The notes under the pieces: generated by a model
Told to the model about the DNA's origin: nothing
What the model saw: only the letters and a program-made list of their open reading frames with translations
Database searches by the model: none
From: an uncultured delta proteobacterium
GTDB lineage: Bacteria; Desulfobacterota; Syntrophobacteria; BM002
Assembly: GCA_963712115.1 (NCBI GenBank)
Contig: CAVQGX010000027.1
Coordinates: 64,001 to 128,000 of the forward strand
Length of the DNA stretch: 64,000 bases
Direction: 5' to 3'
Shown here: piece after piece, positions 12,004 through 22,439 of the stretch
How positions within the stretch are numbered: position 1 is the first letter of the stretch
Layout of the letters: each line of letters begins with the position of its first letter
Program-made: the position numbers and the translations under genes

Positions 12004-13413
12004 CTACTTCGCTATTATAAGAACAGAACAAGAAACATCTTGGGCCATGTGTTCTCCCACGTGGGGCGAGAACAGCCCCTTTCCCCTGGTTGCGCTACCC
12101 ATGACCATGAGATTGAAATCTTTTGCCAGGGCAACAACCTCTTTCACGGGGTTACCCTTTTTGATGATTACCTCGAAGTCGTATTTATGAATGTGGGCCA
12201 GTTCTCGAACCCGCTTTGAGACGGACTCGGTCCATTCCTCTTCCTCTACACCCCTGATAAACTCAGGCTCTTCTACCACGGCCACGGCAACCTCAGCCCC
12301 AAACTGGCGAGCCAGATCAACCGCCACTCCCAAGGCGAGTTCGGCCTTGTTGGTTGCGTTGAAAGGCACCAGAATCCGCTCATAGGGATGGCTTTGCCGG
12401 GCCACGAGTAGCGGGCAGGATATGGAATGAGCCAGGGATATGAGGGTGGGTTTGGCCAGGGACACTAAGAAGGAAGCCTCAAAAGGATGGAGCACCATTA
12501 GTCCGTAATTTTCTTGACTGCCTATCTCCTCCAGGTAGTCCTCAACCTTGCCCTCTGCAGCTACCACCTTGATGTCAATAGTCTGTGTCCAAGTTCCGAG
12601 AGTTTCCTGGATGTTAGTTTCTTCTTTTGAAGACAAAATGGTCAGGGACTTTACCTTGGTATTCTGGGCAAGATGCATGGTCTCTTTAATAAGCTCTTCA
12701 CGATTGCTCCCTGGAAGAAGGGCTAAAAGGAGATCTGGGCCGTAACCGAGGGGAAAGTGGGGTATGCCGCACTCCAAATGGGTGCAAAGTGTTTTGAAGG
12801 AGTCAGGCTGTCCCACTATCACCAAGCGATCACCCACCTCGATAAAAGTATCGGAATCGGGGAAAAACATTTTATTTTCTCGCAAGATGGCCACCAACCT
12901 CCAGTCTTCATCCATTAGAGATGCGGCCCTCTTGCCAACCAACTGAAAGTGGTCTGCTACATCCATTTCCATAATCTCGGCCTGTCCCAGGCTGAGGGAC
13001 ATCAAGTTGATCCGCGGGTCTTGCAGGTAATGGTGTATGGACTTGGCCAACAGGGTACTGCCAAGAACGGGGCGGGCTCCAATTTTTAGGAATCTCTCCT
13101 TATTTTCCTCCTCGTTTACCAGGGCTAGAAGGTGGCTGACCCCCTGAGAGCCGGCATAATCGCAGATTGCCAGGTTGACCTTGTCATTCTCAGTAAGGGC
13201 GAGGACATAATCAAAGTCGGCCACCCCGGCATCGTCGAGGGTAACCGGACTCGAGCCATCTGCTGCGATTACCTTTTGCACGTTTTGAAACTTGGAAATA
13301 AGGTCCTGGAGCTTTTCCTCGGATTTGTCAATCAAGGTTACGTGCCATCTCTCCCCAAGCCTAGCAAGCAAGTGTCTTGCAACCTTGCCAGCTCCGCAGA
13401 TGAGCACTTTCAT
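12004..13413 (-). CDS. TrkA-type RCK_N/RCK_C protein fused to universal-stress-protein (USP) domain(s)
   Basis: MKVLICGAGKV Rossmann start, ALTENDKVN, RCK_C VAILRENKMFFPDSDTFIEVGDRL, USP RILVPFN...GNPVKEVV...LMVMG...CSVLII. Confidence 0.8.
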   Translation of the reverse strand: MKVLICGAGKVARHLLARLGERWHVTLIDKSEEKLQDLISKFQNVQKVIAADGSSPVTLDDAGVADFDYVLALTENDKVNLAICDYAGSQGVSHLLALVNEEENKERFLKIGARPVLGSTLLAKSIHHYLQDPRINLMSLSLGQAEIMEMDVADHFQLVGKRAASLMDEDWRLVAILRENKMFFPDSDTFIEVGDRLVIVGQPDSFKTLCTHLECGIPHFPLGYGPDLLLALLPGSNREELIKETMHLAQNTKVKSLTILSSKEETNIQETLGTWTQTIDIKVVAAEGKVEDYLEEIGSQENYGLMVLHPFEASFLVSLAKPTLISLAHSISCPLLVARQSHPYERILVPFNATNKAELALGVAVDLARQFGAEVAVAVVEEPEFIRGVEEEEWTESVSKRVRELAHIHKYDFEVIIKKGNPVKEVVALAKDFNLMVMGSATRGKGLFSPHVGEHMAQDVSCSVLIIAK

Positions 13414-13789
13414 CCAACACTCTCCATGATTAATAGCCCTATGAAATGTTTCTAGTCGTTACTAGCGAACCCCCCCATCCTGAGGAATAGAGGGGACCAG
13501 ATTGCCCCATACTAGACTATGGGCCTGAACAGATCAAGTTAACATCTCTGCATAACTGCTCCATGGTAAAAGATGTTCGTGCTCAGGTGAAAAAGGGCGG
13601 TGTCTCCATTACTGGGCTAAGAGTCGTACATTGATGTATGTTCCAATCAGAAAAATGTGGTAGTATTCCTTGGGTCGGAAATCAGAAACAATATAAAAGA
13701 TTTCGACGAGTATTTCTCTCTTCATGGAAGATGCGCAACTTCATAATGGATTTTGGCTAGTCTTTGCATCTCTAGTTTGGAGGTAAGGT

Positions 13790-14194
13790 ATGAAAATCGA
13801 TGAATTCATGACGACAAGAATTGCCACAATTGATGCTGATCGTTCAGTATACGATGCCATAGAAAAGATGGTTGACAGAAGGATTAGATCATTACTTGTT
13901 AAGTTTACAGGAACAAATAGCGACGACGGTGTTATAACAGCACGAGACGTGGTGTTCAAAGTTCTAGCAAAGGGGATAAACCCAACTGATATTAAGGTAT
14001 CATCTATAGCAGCCAGGCCAATAGTATGTGTAGATCGCGAGGTTACCTTGGCTGAAGCTGCAGCCATAATGGAAAAATCACACATTGCCAGGCTTTTTGT
14101 CTGCGAAGGTGAAAAAATTATTGGCGTGGCATCCTTATTAGATGTAATGACCGCTTCGCTGATCATGAGAGCAAGAGGGGAAAATGTTCCTTAA
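13790..14194 (+). CDS. Stand-alone CBS-pair protein
   Basis: Two CBS repeats (GVITARDV; GVASLLDV); overlaps the next gene start. Confidence 0.85.
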   Translation: MKIDEFMTTRIATIDADRSVYDAIEKMVDRRIRSLLVKFTGTNSDDGVITARDVVFKVLAKGINPTDIKVSSIAARPIVCVDREVTLAEAAAIMEKSHIARLFVCEGEKIIGVASLLDVMTASLIMRARGENVP

Positions 14195-14816
14195 AAAGAT
14201 ATTTGACTACGGCAAAAAGGAAGAACGGGTAATAGAGAATATCAAGAAACACCTTGAGCTTCTGTGCAACGCCTGTGATTCGTTTCATAGGGCTATGGAA
14301 GAGAACGACAACAACCTTGTCCGCGAAGTTGTCGATTCCGAGCGCGAAGGTGATTCTATCAGGCGAGATATCATCGCCAATATTTACGCGGGTGCTTTTC
14401 TACCATACCTCCGTCCCGATCTGTGTAGATTTGCTGAAATAGTCGACAGGATTTTCGATTCCCTGCAGGAGACCGCCCTCAATTACCTTGAGGTAAGACT
14501 CCCCGAGAACATAAGAGACGAGTGTGTGAGGGTAGCCTTTTTGAATGCCAGGATGTGTGAGATGCTCTTGATCAGCTTCGAGGCAATACTGAATGGAGAG
14601 GATCTTCGGGAAAAGGCTCTGGCAATTAGGATTTATGAGAAAAAAATAGACGATATTGAGTTCAGTATCGTCAAAGACCTGCGGCAAATACCAGTAGATG
14701 ATTTTTGGCAAGGCAGATTATTGGCCGATTTTGTTTCAGGCCTTACCAGCATAAGTGACACCATGGAAGATGCAGGTGATCACCTGCAAATTATCAATGT
14801 GAGCATGAAATCTTAA
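14184..14816 (+). CDS. DUF47 / PhoU-like phosphate transport regulator
   Basis: EREGDSIRRDI...GAFLP...RPDL, EKKIDDIE, ISDTMEDAGD; adjacent to a PiT gene. Confidence 0.85.
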   Translation: MFLKKIFDYGKKEERVIENIKKHLELLCNACDSFHRAMEENDNNLVREVVDSEREGDSIRRDIIANIYAGAFLPYLRPDLCRFAEIVDRIFDSLQETALNYLEVRLPENIRDECVRVAFLNARMCEMLLISFEAILNGEDLREKALAIRIYEKKIDDIEFSIVKDLRQIPVDDFWQGRLLADFVSGLTSISDTMEDAGDHLQIINVSMKS

Positions 14817-14846
14817 CCGGGATATTTCATCAAATACCCGGGTTAA
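14813..14846. repeat. Collapsed MITE consisting only of terminal inverted repeats
   Basis: ttaaccgggatatttcatcaaatacccgggttaa matches both ends of the 24717/49034 element and overlaps the DUF47 TAA stop. Confidence 0.6.
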
Positions 14847-14939
14847 ATGGGTGACCGCACAACAAGGATTGGTTGTCCCTTTTAATCTAGAGAGTAGCTC
14901 TCCTTTGAGTGAAAATGGTCGACGCGAACGGTAGAGGTA

Positions 14940-15863
14940 ATGTGGAAGATTCTCAGCGGTGTTGTTCTGGGTTGGAGTCTTGGAGCGAATGACTCAGCGA
15001 ATGTCTTCGGGACAGGGGTTACTACCGGCACGGTAAAATACCGCACTGCTATTCTGCTGACGGCCGCATTTGTTCTGCTCGGTTCTTTGATAGAGGGGCC
15101 GAAATGCATTAAGACTCTCGGAGAAATTTCCCGCCTTCAGCCCCTCGATGCTTTTTCCTGCGCCCTGGCAACTGCCATCACCATGGGGTTTCTCACCTTC
15201 CTCGCCCTTCCTGCCTCGACCTCACAAGCAATTGTCGGTGCTATTGTCGGAGCAGGGATTCTTTCAGGTACAGCGGAATTTTCCAAGTTGTACAAGATCG
15301 TCTCATGCTGGGTCCTTACCCCCATAGGCGGAATCATAATCGCTTTCTCTCTCCACAAAGTGCTTGGCTATCTGCTGGACAAAACGGTTACCAGCATGAG
15401 GCAGCGAAATTTAATCTACACTGTTGGAATCCTGGTCGCAGGAAGCTATGGCGCCTACACATTAGGGGGCAATAACGTGGCGAACGTCACGGGAGTCTAT
15501 GTTGGAGCGGGGATTTTGTCTGCCGGCATGGCCTCCCTAATTGGTGGTCTCAGCATTGCCAGTGGTGTACTTACCTACAGCAAGAAGGTGATGATGACCG
15601 TTGGCAAGGGTATCGCCCCCTTGGATCCTTTTTCCGGTGTTATTGCCGTAATCGCCGAGGCACTGACCCTTCATATCTTTACTCAGATCGGTGTGCCGGT
15701 ATCCTCCTCGCAGGCAATAGTGGGGGCCGTAGTCGGGGTGGGACTCGTGGGAGATGTGCGAACGGTGAGTAAGAAGATGCTTGCCAGAATAGCTGTGGGA
15801 TGGCTTCTGACCCCGATCTCCGCAGGAGTCCTGACCTATTTGCTTTTGTTGTTGGTCGGCTAG
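14940..15863 (+). CDS. Inorganic phosphate transporter (PiT family)
   Basis: GANDSAN and GGNNVAN signatures; PASTSQA and PVSSSQA motifs. Confidence 0.9.
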   Translation: MWKILSGVVLGWSLGANDSANVFGTGVTTGTVKYRTAILLTAAFVLLGSLIEGPKCIKTLGEISRLQPLDAFSCALATAITMGFLTFLALPASTSQAIVGAIVGAGILSGTAEFSKLYKIVSCWVLTPIGGIIIAFSLHKVLGYLLDKTVTSMRQRNLIYTVGILVAGSYGAYTLGGNNVANVTGVYVGAGILSAGMASLIGGLSIASGVLTYSKKVMMTVGKGIAPLDPFSGVIAVIAEALTLHIFTQIGVPVSSSQAIVGAVVGVGLVGDVRTVSKKMLARIAVGWLLTPISAGVLTYLLLLLVG

Positions 15864-15876
15864 CCAGGAGTGGGCC

Positions 15877-16545
15877 ATGTTCTTTAATCCCTTCACCGCA
15901 CTCATTTTTTTCCTTTTCCTTAGTGTATTTTTCGTTCTCTTCTTCTTCGTCCAGATCGGAGCCCTTACCCTGGCGTTCAGCAAGATAGGAATTAGCCCGC
16001 AATATATGCTCACCCTATTCTTCCTCACCCTGGTTGGCAGCGCGATCAATATCCCCATCAAAAGGTTTGAAGAAGATGAGCTTTGTGATGAGAGGGTTAT
16101 TCCATTCTATGGCATGCGTTACCGGCTCCCCGCACCTAAACAACCATGCACCACGACTCTGGCGGTAAACGTTGGGGGAGCGGTGATCCCGGTCTTCATA
16201 TCCCTCTACATTTTGCTCAAGTGCCAGGTACCCTTTCGAGCCCTCCTGGCAACTGGCTTTATGAGTGTGGTGGTTTTCAAATTGGCAAGGCCCATCAGGG
16301 GGGTGGGTATAGGTGTGCCAGTTTTGGTTCCACCTCTTTTGGCTGCCCTGATTGCTCTCATACTCTCGCCGGCAAAGGCTCCGCCTGTGGCCTACATTTC
16401 GGGGACCCTGGGGACGCTCATCGGCGCGGACCTGATGAACTTGAAAAAGATCACCGGACTGGGAGCGCCCGTGGCCTCAATTGGCGGAGCCGGGACCTTT
16501 GATGGCATTTTTCTCACCGGCATTATTGCCGTGCTTTTAACTTGA
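15877..16545 (+). CDS. DUF1614 membrane protein
   Basis: GSAINIP, AVNVGGAVIP, GTLGTLIGADL, SIGGAGTFDGIFLTG. Confidence 0.85.
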   Translation: MFFNPFTALIFFLFLSVFFVLFFFVQIGALTLAFSKIGISPQYMLTLFFLTLVGSAINIPIKRFEEDELCDERVIPFYGMRYRLPAPKQPCTTTLAVNVGGAVIPVFISLYILLKCQVPFRALLATGFMSVVVFKLARPIRGVGIGVPVLVPPLLAALIALILSPAKAPPVAYISGTLGTLIGADLMNLKKITGLGAPVASIGGAGTFDGIFLTGIIAVLLT

Positions 16546-16619
16546 AGGGAACCATCAGGGAGAGGAAAGAAAATGATTGTCAGGGTCAGAAACAATTGGG
16601 GCGGCTGATCTTGCGCGGG

Positions 16620-18068
16620 TTATGCCTTTGGCCTCACCTTGATGATCACCTCAATGTCGGGCCATTGCTTGCCTTTAGGTCTCACGTTCGGTGGCGCTAT
16701 AACCTTGCGCAACATTTTTTCGTTCTTTTTTATGCTTTCCAAATATATTGGTTCGGTAACGATGGTTATTTTTTGACTCGCATCACTTGGTGGAGAAAGG
16801 ACCCGCAACTGTTTGGGATCTAGTTCCACCGAGACTAATTCCAGACCTTGAGGGAGGGTACCCACTAACTGTGGTTGGATTTCCACCTCAAATTCGGCAA
16901 TCTCCTCCAGTGACAGTGCTATACTGGAAGGGTTTGCATTCACGAGTTTTACCCCCCGGGGAAGGGCGATAGTTTCTTGAGAAACAACAAAGACTTGTCC
17001 CCCGGCCTTGGCCTGGGACAAATCAATCTTGACGCCCAAATTTGCTGGGGTGATTTTATCGAGATCCGACTTGGGACCGGCTAATTGCAGTTTGACCTCC
17101 GTGGGATTGTCCCCTCTAAGAGCGAGGTTCTCCGGCGCGGCAATGTATTCCACCGGCACTGTAAAGGCCTTCTCTCGAATTTCCATCTTGCTGATAATTA
17201 CAGTGGAGTAGAAAACAAGAGCCAGGACAAGACTTATTGCCATCTCTGGGATGAGATTCCGCTGCTTTCTGTAGTCATTGAGCTCAATTCCAGAGGAGGC
17301 AGCAGTTTGCCAATGTGACCATATCTGCTCGGTTAGTTCGGCCTGGTCATTGATTATTTTTACAAGGCCATTAAAAAAAGTCTTTACCGTGCCCCTCTCT
17401 TCTGAAACCGCAATTACCAGGGCATCTGTTACCTCGGAAAGACCCATGGCAGCGTGATGGCGGGTTCCGAACTCCTCAGACAGTCGGCCCGTTTTTGATA
17501 TGGGTAACCGCACACTGAAATATGCAAGTTTGCCGTTCCTAAATACCAGAGCACCGTCGTGGCCGGGTGAGTTAGGGTCAAAGATACTGAGAATAAGAGG
17601 AAGGGTTGGTTCAGCATAGAGATCGAAGCCTCCGGACAACCATCTCTTAACCGGTTCCTTTCCGGGAAGGACAATTATTGCCCCCCGCCTCTTTTTGGCC
17701 AGGACAAAGGCGGCATCGCCGAAGAGCGCAGCCAGAGCTGGGCCAGTTTTGTCCAACTTCTTGCCTCCGAGGGAGGCGGCTCGTTCAAAGATCTTTCTGA
17801 GCTCGGGCTGAAAGATGACAATTAGAGCAATGGCTGCAACCTGGCTGAGGTTGGAGTAAATCCAGTTTATTCCTTTGAGATCGAGAACGTTGGCGGCGAC
17901 GAAAATAACCATGGCGAGGAATATGCCGGTAACGATTTTCCAGGTCCCCAGCCTAAGGAGGGTGCGGTATAAGAAAAACAGGGCCGCAGAAATTAGGAGG
18001 ACATCCAGAATCACCCTCCAGTCAAGGAGTGCCCTGAACAATCTGAGCAATGAAATTAGGGTGTCCAA
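16620..18068 (-). CDS. Diadenylate cyclase (CdaA/DacA type) fused to YbbR-like domains
   Basis: 3 TM helices, IVIFQPELR, HDGA and GTRHHAA (RHR variant), VSEERG, further TM, then YbbR-like beta repeats. Confidence 0.85.
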   Translation of the reverse strand: MDTLISLLRLFRALLDWRVILDVLLISAALFFLYRTLLRLGTWKIVTGIFLAMVIFVAANVLDLKGINWIYSNLSQVAAIALIVIFQPELRKIFERAASLGGKKLDKTGPALAALFGDAAFVLAKKRRGAIIVLPGKEPVKRWLSGGFDLYAEPTLPLILSIFDPNSPGHDGALVFRNGKLAYFSVRLPISKTGRLSEEFGTRHHAAMGLSEVTDALVIAVSEERGTVKTFFNGLVKIINDQAELTEQIWSHWQTAASSGIELNDYRKQRNLIPEMAISLVLALVFYSTVIISKMEIREKAFTVPVEYIAAPENLALRGDNPTEVKLQLAGPKSDLDKITPANLGVKIDLSQAKAGGQVFVVSQETIALPRGVKLVNANPSSIALSLEEIAEFEVEIQPQLVGTLPQGLELVSVELDPKQLRVLSPPSDASQKITIVTEPIYLESIKKNEKMLRKVIAPPNVRPKGKQWPDIEVIIKVRPKA

Positions 18069-18241
18069 TGGTGAATTTCTCCCTAAAGAGCTGTTCCGAA
18101 GAAATTAGTGAGGAGGAAATTTAACCTCCTGCGAAGATATTCATAGGAATAGTGGCGGCAATTTTGATCTTTCTCCTCAAAAATGTCAACAGTTTCCGTC
18201 AACATACCTCGGTTGAAGTCTACTTCCAGAAATCCCCCTAA

Positions 18242-18378
18242 AGAGGCTGTCCGATAACCTCAAAATTCCGAGGCGTCAGCCGAAGAATCTCGACATGGGT
18301 AAGTGCCTGAATCCATGAGATTCTTCGCTTCGCTCAGAATGACACAACGCGCACAAGAGAGGTTGTCGGACACCCCTT
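18242..18378. mobile_element. MITE with GAGGCTGTCCGATAACCTC / GAGGTTGTCGGACA terminal inverted repeats and an internal REP-like palindrome
   Basis: TIRs at both ends; internal gaagaatctc...gagattcttcgcttcgctcagaatgac. A lone right TIR (gaggttgtcggaca) also occurs at ~6358-6371. Confidence 0.7.
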
Positions 18379-18389
18379 TTGGGCGGATT

Positions 18390-19577
18390 TTACTTACTTA
18401 GCGGTTTTTGCTCCTTTTGTCTGAACTCAAGAACAAATTCAGTAGGTTCGATTCTCACCACATCTATTCTCTCACCTGGCAAGACAGCTTGTTTCGGTGA
18501 GATACGGTAAGTCTTGCGGCCCAGTTTGGCTGAAGAAAGATCGAGTTCCAGCAGAACGTTCCTGGAGTTCAAGGTACCGGCGTCCTTTCTCAGGCCTCTC
18601 GCCGTGATCTTAACACTAGGTTTTACGGGTTCGACGATTTCCATGTGCTCGGGCAGGTTCTTGAACTCCACCGGCACCTTAATGGTGACTTCAAAGTCCT
18701 GCTGTCCTGCCAACATCAGCCAGATCAGACTGACAATGGCCAGGGTTCCCAACTTCAAAGGCCACCGAGGTACCAGGAGCAAACGGATAGTCGCCCACCA
18801 GCCCTTACCTTCAGGGGTGGGAAGGGTGATGGCTCCATGGACAGTTTGAGAGAGCCTCTGTTGATTTTCCATAGTTACCAGCTCTGCACCACGGGCCAGG
18901 GAAACTTCCCTACGTTCCTCGGAAACCACCACCACCATGGCATCACATCTCTGGGAGAGGCCGAGAGCCGCCCTGTGCCTGGTGCCCCAGTGTTTTGGCA
19001 GGTCCTCATCGGAGCTGAGGGGCAGATAACAGGCAGCCGCTACAACTTTTCCCTCCCGTATTAGCACGGCCCCGTCGTGCAGGGGAGACTCTTTCTGAAA
19101 GATGGTCAACAGCAACTCAGGAGTTGGATCTCCCTCTAAACCGGTGCCGGCTGTTATAAACTCGTCCACCTTATCGAGTCGCTCAATGATTGCCAGGACA
19201 CCAATTTTTCTCTCCGCGAGGGAGAAAATTGCTTGGGTGAAATCCTCTATCCATTCCGCCGGTTTAGAATGTCTGCGCAAGCCAATTTTCCGGAGAGGAT
19301 CTACCCTCTCCAAGACCTGACGTATTTCGGCCTGAAAGAGGATAATTAGTAAGATAATCAAAACCTGCCAGAGGATCTCAAACATCCAGGTGGTGAGGAA
19401 GAGGCCCCAAGCTCTGGCCGCGGTGTAGATGATCGCCAGGGCTAACAGACCAGCCAGGGCCTTAAAGGCCTTTGTTCCGCGAAACCATACGTAAAGGTAG
19501 TAAGCAACGATGGTGAGAAAAAGGATGTCCAGTACGTCCTGGAATCTTATGTTGGCTATCATGCGCAGGGTATCCAT
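18390..19577 (-). CDS. Diadenylate cyclase (CdaA/DacA type) fused to a YbbR-like domain
   Basis: 3 TM helices, ILFQAEIR, SPLHDGA, GTRHRAALGLS, VSEER, TM and a YbbR-like C-terminus. Confidence 0.9.
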   Translation of the reverse strand: MDTLRMIANIRFQDVLDILFLTIVAYYLYVWFRGTKAFKALAGLLALAIIYTAARAWGLFLTTWMFEILWQVLIILLIILFQAEIRQVLERVDPLRKIGLRRHSKPAEWIEDFTQAIFSLAERKIGVLAIIERLDKVDEFITAGTGLEGDPTPELLLTIFQKESPLHDGAVLIREGKVVAAACYLPLSSDEDLPKHWGTRHRAALGLSQRCDAMVVVVSEERREVSLARGAELVTMENQQRLSQTVHGAITLPTPEGKGWWATIRLLLVPRWPLKLGTLAIVSLIWLMLAGQQDFEVTIKVPVEFKNLPEHMEIVEPVKPSVKITARGLRKDAGTLNSRNVLLELDLSSAKLGRKTYRISPKQAVLPGERIDVVRIEPTEFVLEFRQKEQKPLSK

Positions 19578-19592
19578 TTGACTCCTGTGGTT

Positions 19593-22277
19593 TCAAAAAT
19601 CAACAGATTTCAGATCAATGGTCAACTCCAATTCACCTGGATCATCAGATCTAGACACTTTGAAGCCAAGTTTGCGAGCCAGTGCCTGCATACCAGTGTT
19701 TTCATGCAAAACAATGCCCCAGACGGTTTCGATACCACGCTCTTTGGCGATGGCAAGGCATCTTTCCAGGAGCCTGGCTCCCACTCCTTTACCCTGCCAA
19801 GGATCTCCCACCAGAATGGCAAACTCAGCTCTTTTTCCATCAGGATCTGAGATCACCCGAGCGGTTGCCAACATCCGCTCTTTGTCGCCATTGGTTTTTT
19901 CCAGGGCTACCATATCTATCTCGCGGTCGTAGTCTACCTGGGTGAATCGCACTAACATGGAATGGGGCAGGGCCTTGAGGGTACCGAAAAACCGGTAATA
20001 GATGCTGGTTGGAGAGAGGGTGTCAAAAAGTTTCACCAGAAGAGGTGCGTCTTCTGGTTTGATTGGGCGGATAAATACGGCAAGGCCAGCCGAAGTGACT
20101 TCGTTAGACTCATATTGTTCCGGGTATGGACTGATAACTAGATGGAGGGGAGAGGATATGTATGTGGTCTCCAGTAGTATCCTCGCATCTACCACCTGAG
20201 GCTTGCCGTCAGTCACTATCACAGGATTCATATCCAGCTCTACTATTTCAGGGAAGTCCACAACTAGCTGGGCAAGGCGGAGGATCGTCTCTTGCAAAAG
20301 CTCCATATTAGCTGGAGGTCGGTTGCGGTAGCCTTTAAGGAGTCTATAGACCCGGGTTTTTTCCATGAGTCTTCTGGCCAAAAGAAGGTTGAGAGGTGGA
20401 AGGCCAATCTCTCTATCCTGGAGGACTTCTGTGTAAATTCCACCCATGCCGAAGAGGATCACCGGTCCGAAACTTGGGTCCTTTTTTGCCCCAAGGAGAA
20501 GTTCGTAATCCCCCCTGAGGATCATCGTTTGCAGGGTAACACCCTGGATCACAGCCTCTGGATCATACTCCCGAGCTCCTGTGACGATCTTTTTAAAAGC
20601 GTCAAAAACTTCGGCCTCAGAGCGGAGATTCAGCAAAATGCCATTGGCTTCTGTTTTGTGGAGGATGTCCGGTGAAAGGATTTTCATCACCAGGGGATAT
20701 CCCATTTCCTTCGCCTTTTCCACGGCTTCGTCAGCGGAGTTGGCAACTTCTGTGCGGTTTACCGGGAGGCCGTAGGCCCTGAGCAATTGTTTGGACTCAA
20801 ACTCTGTTAACACCTTTTTTTGCTGGCGAGATGCTTCGTCAATGATAGAACCGGCTAGCTGACGATCGAACTGAAGCGTGCGGGGGAGTTTCGGTGGAAT
20901 CTCTTGAAGGATCTCAAGGTTGCGGGAATATTCATGCATGTACATGAATGCCCGGATAGCCTGTTCGGGAGTACCATAGGTGGGAATTTCCGCCTGGTTC
21001 AAAATCTCCCTTCCTTTTTCCACATCTGCACCTCCCATCCAGGAAGCAAAGAGGGGGTACCGCCTGCTCTTAGAGATCCGGGCAAGCCCATTGGCCACAG
21101 CCGTGGGATCAGTCATAGCTTGTGGGGTAAGCACTGCCAGTACTCCGTCTAATTCATCTGCACCAATGCAGATCTTGACTACCTCAGTATACCTGTCAGG
21201 AGACGCATCTCCCAGAATGTCTATGGGGTTTGCATGGCTCCACGGAGCCGGTAAGAGAGCGTCCAGCTTCTCAACGGTATCGGCTTGCAGCGCTGCCGGC
21301 TCCAGACCATAGTGAGAAAGGGCATCAGCCGCCATGACTCCCGGTCCCCCGGCATTGGTCACAACCGCCAAACGAGACCCTGTGGGCCGGGGTTGTTTGG
21401 CCATCAGTTCGGCGCAGTCGAATAGCTCACCAATGGTGTTGACCCGGACAATGCCGGCCCTTTTAAAAGCAGCATCATAAACTGCATCCTCTCCAGCCAT
21501 TGCACCCGTGTGGGACGCTGCCGCCCTCCTACCAGCAGGGCTTCTCCCTGATTTTAGAACCACAATTGGTTTCAAGCGTGAGGCGGCGCGGGCTGCACTC
21601 ATGAATTTTCTGAAATTGGACAGGCTTTCCACATAGAGCAGGATGCTACTTACTTCTTGATCGATTCCCAGGTAATCGATCAAATCTCCAAAGTCCACAT
21701 CCATCATGGAGCCAATGCTGACGAAGTAGCTGAAGCCGATATTTTCCTTGGTAGAGAGATCCAGAATTGCCGAGCAGATGGCGCCGCTTTGAGAAATAAA
21801 GGCAAGTTTGCCCTTTTGGGGCATACGGGAAGCGAAGCTGGCATTAAGATTCCTCTGAGGGCAGATGATCCCGAGACAGTTGGGCCCAATTATTCTGAGA
21901 CCTCCTTTCCAGGCTTCCCACTCTATCTTTTTCTCTATGTCCATGCCTTGAGGTCCAACTTCTTTACCGCCAGCAGAGATAATGATTGCCCCTCCAACAT
22001 TTTTGGTAACACATTCTTTGACGATATCAGGAACCGTAGCAATGGGAGTGGCAATGATAGCAAGGTCGACTGCGGTGTCGGTATCCACAATAGAGGGGTA
22101 AGCTTTGAGAGCGTGGATGCTGCGATAGCGAGGGTTTACGGGATACACTTTCCCCTGGAAACCACCCTGGGTAAGATTTTCCACCAGCACACTGCCAATG
22201 CTGCCCTCCTTTTCACTGGCACCAATGACCGCTATGGATTCAGGTTTGAAGATTTTGTCAAGATTGTAAACACCCAT
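19593..22277 (-). CDS. Acetate-CoA ligase (ADP-forming)-like / GNAT fusion (Pat/PatZ-type protein acetyltransferase family)
   Basis: IAVIGAS, GPNCLG, ISQSGA, ASHTG phospho-His motif retained, ATP-grasp HKTE, C-terminal GNAT WQGKGVG. Confidence 0.9.
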   Translation of the reverse strand: MGVYNLDKIFKPESIAVIGASEKEGSIGSVLVENLTQGGFQGKVYPVNPRYRSIHALKAYPSIVDTDTAVDLAIIATPIATVPDIVKECVTKNVGGAIIISAGGKEVGPQGMDIEKKIEWEAWKGGLRIIGPNCLGIICPQRNLNASFASRMPQKGKLAFISQSGAICSAILDLSTKENIGFSYFVSIGSMMDVDFGDLIDYLGIDQEVSSILLYVESLSNFRKFMSAARAASRLKPIVVLKSGRSPAGRRAAASHTGAMAGEDAVYDAAFKRAGIVRVNTIGELFDCAELMAKQPRPTGSRLAVVTNAGGPGVMAADALSHYGLEPAALQADTVEKLDALLPAPWSHANPIDILGDASPDRYTEVVKICIGADELDGVLAVLTPQAMTDPTAVANGLARISKSRRYPLFASWMGGADVEKGREILNQAEIPTYGTPEQAIRAFMYMHEYSRNLEILQEIPPKLPRTLQFDRQLAGSIIDEASRQQKKVLTEFESKQLLRAYGLPVNRTEVANSADEAVEKAKEMGYPLVMKILSPDILHKTEANGILLNLRSEAEVFDAFKKIVTGAREYDPEAVIQGVTLQTMILRGDYELLLGAKKDPSFGPVILFGMGGIYTEVLQDREIGLPPLNLLLARRLMEKTRVYRLLKGYRNRPPANMELLQETILRLAQLVVDFPEIVELDMNPVIVTDGKPQVVDARILLETTYISSPLHLVISPYPEQYESNEVTSAGLAVFIRPIKPEDAPLLVKLFDTLSPTSIYYRFFGTLKALPHSMLVRFTQVDYDREIDMVALEKTNGDKERMLATARVISDPDGKRAEFAILVGDPWQGKGVGARLLERCLAIAKERGIETVWGIVLHENTGMQALARKLGFKVSRSDDPGELELTIDLKSVDF

Positions 22278-22439
22278 ATGTCCCCCAGGTGCGATAGAGG
22301 TTGCTCGGATCCCGGTGAAATTTTTCCAAGCTAAGAGAATTTGATGTTAAAATAACTTTCTATGACACAGTTTGAGTTTTCAGGCAAACTTCGAGCACGA
22401 ACTTCAAGATTAAAAAGCAATCTAATTAGATTTAACCAT

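Noticed and set aside
13465-13560. c-di-AMP (ydaO) riboswitch-like words (gaggggacca, cctgaac...agttaac)
   Set aside because: Only loose word matches; the paired stems and pseudoknot could not be built. An Rfam scan would settle it.
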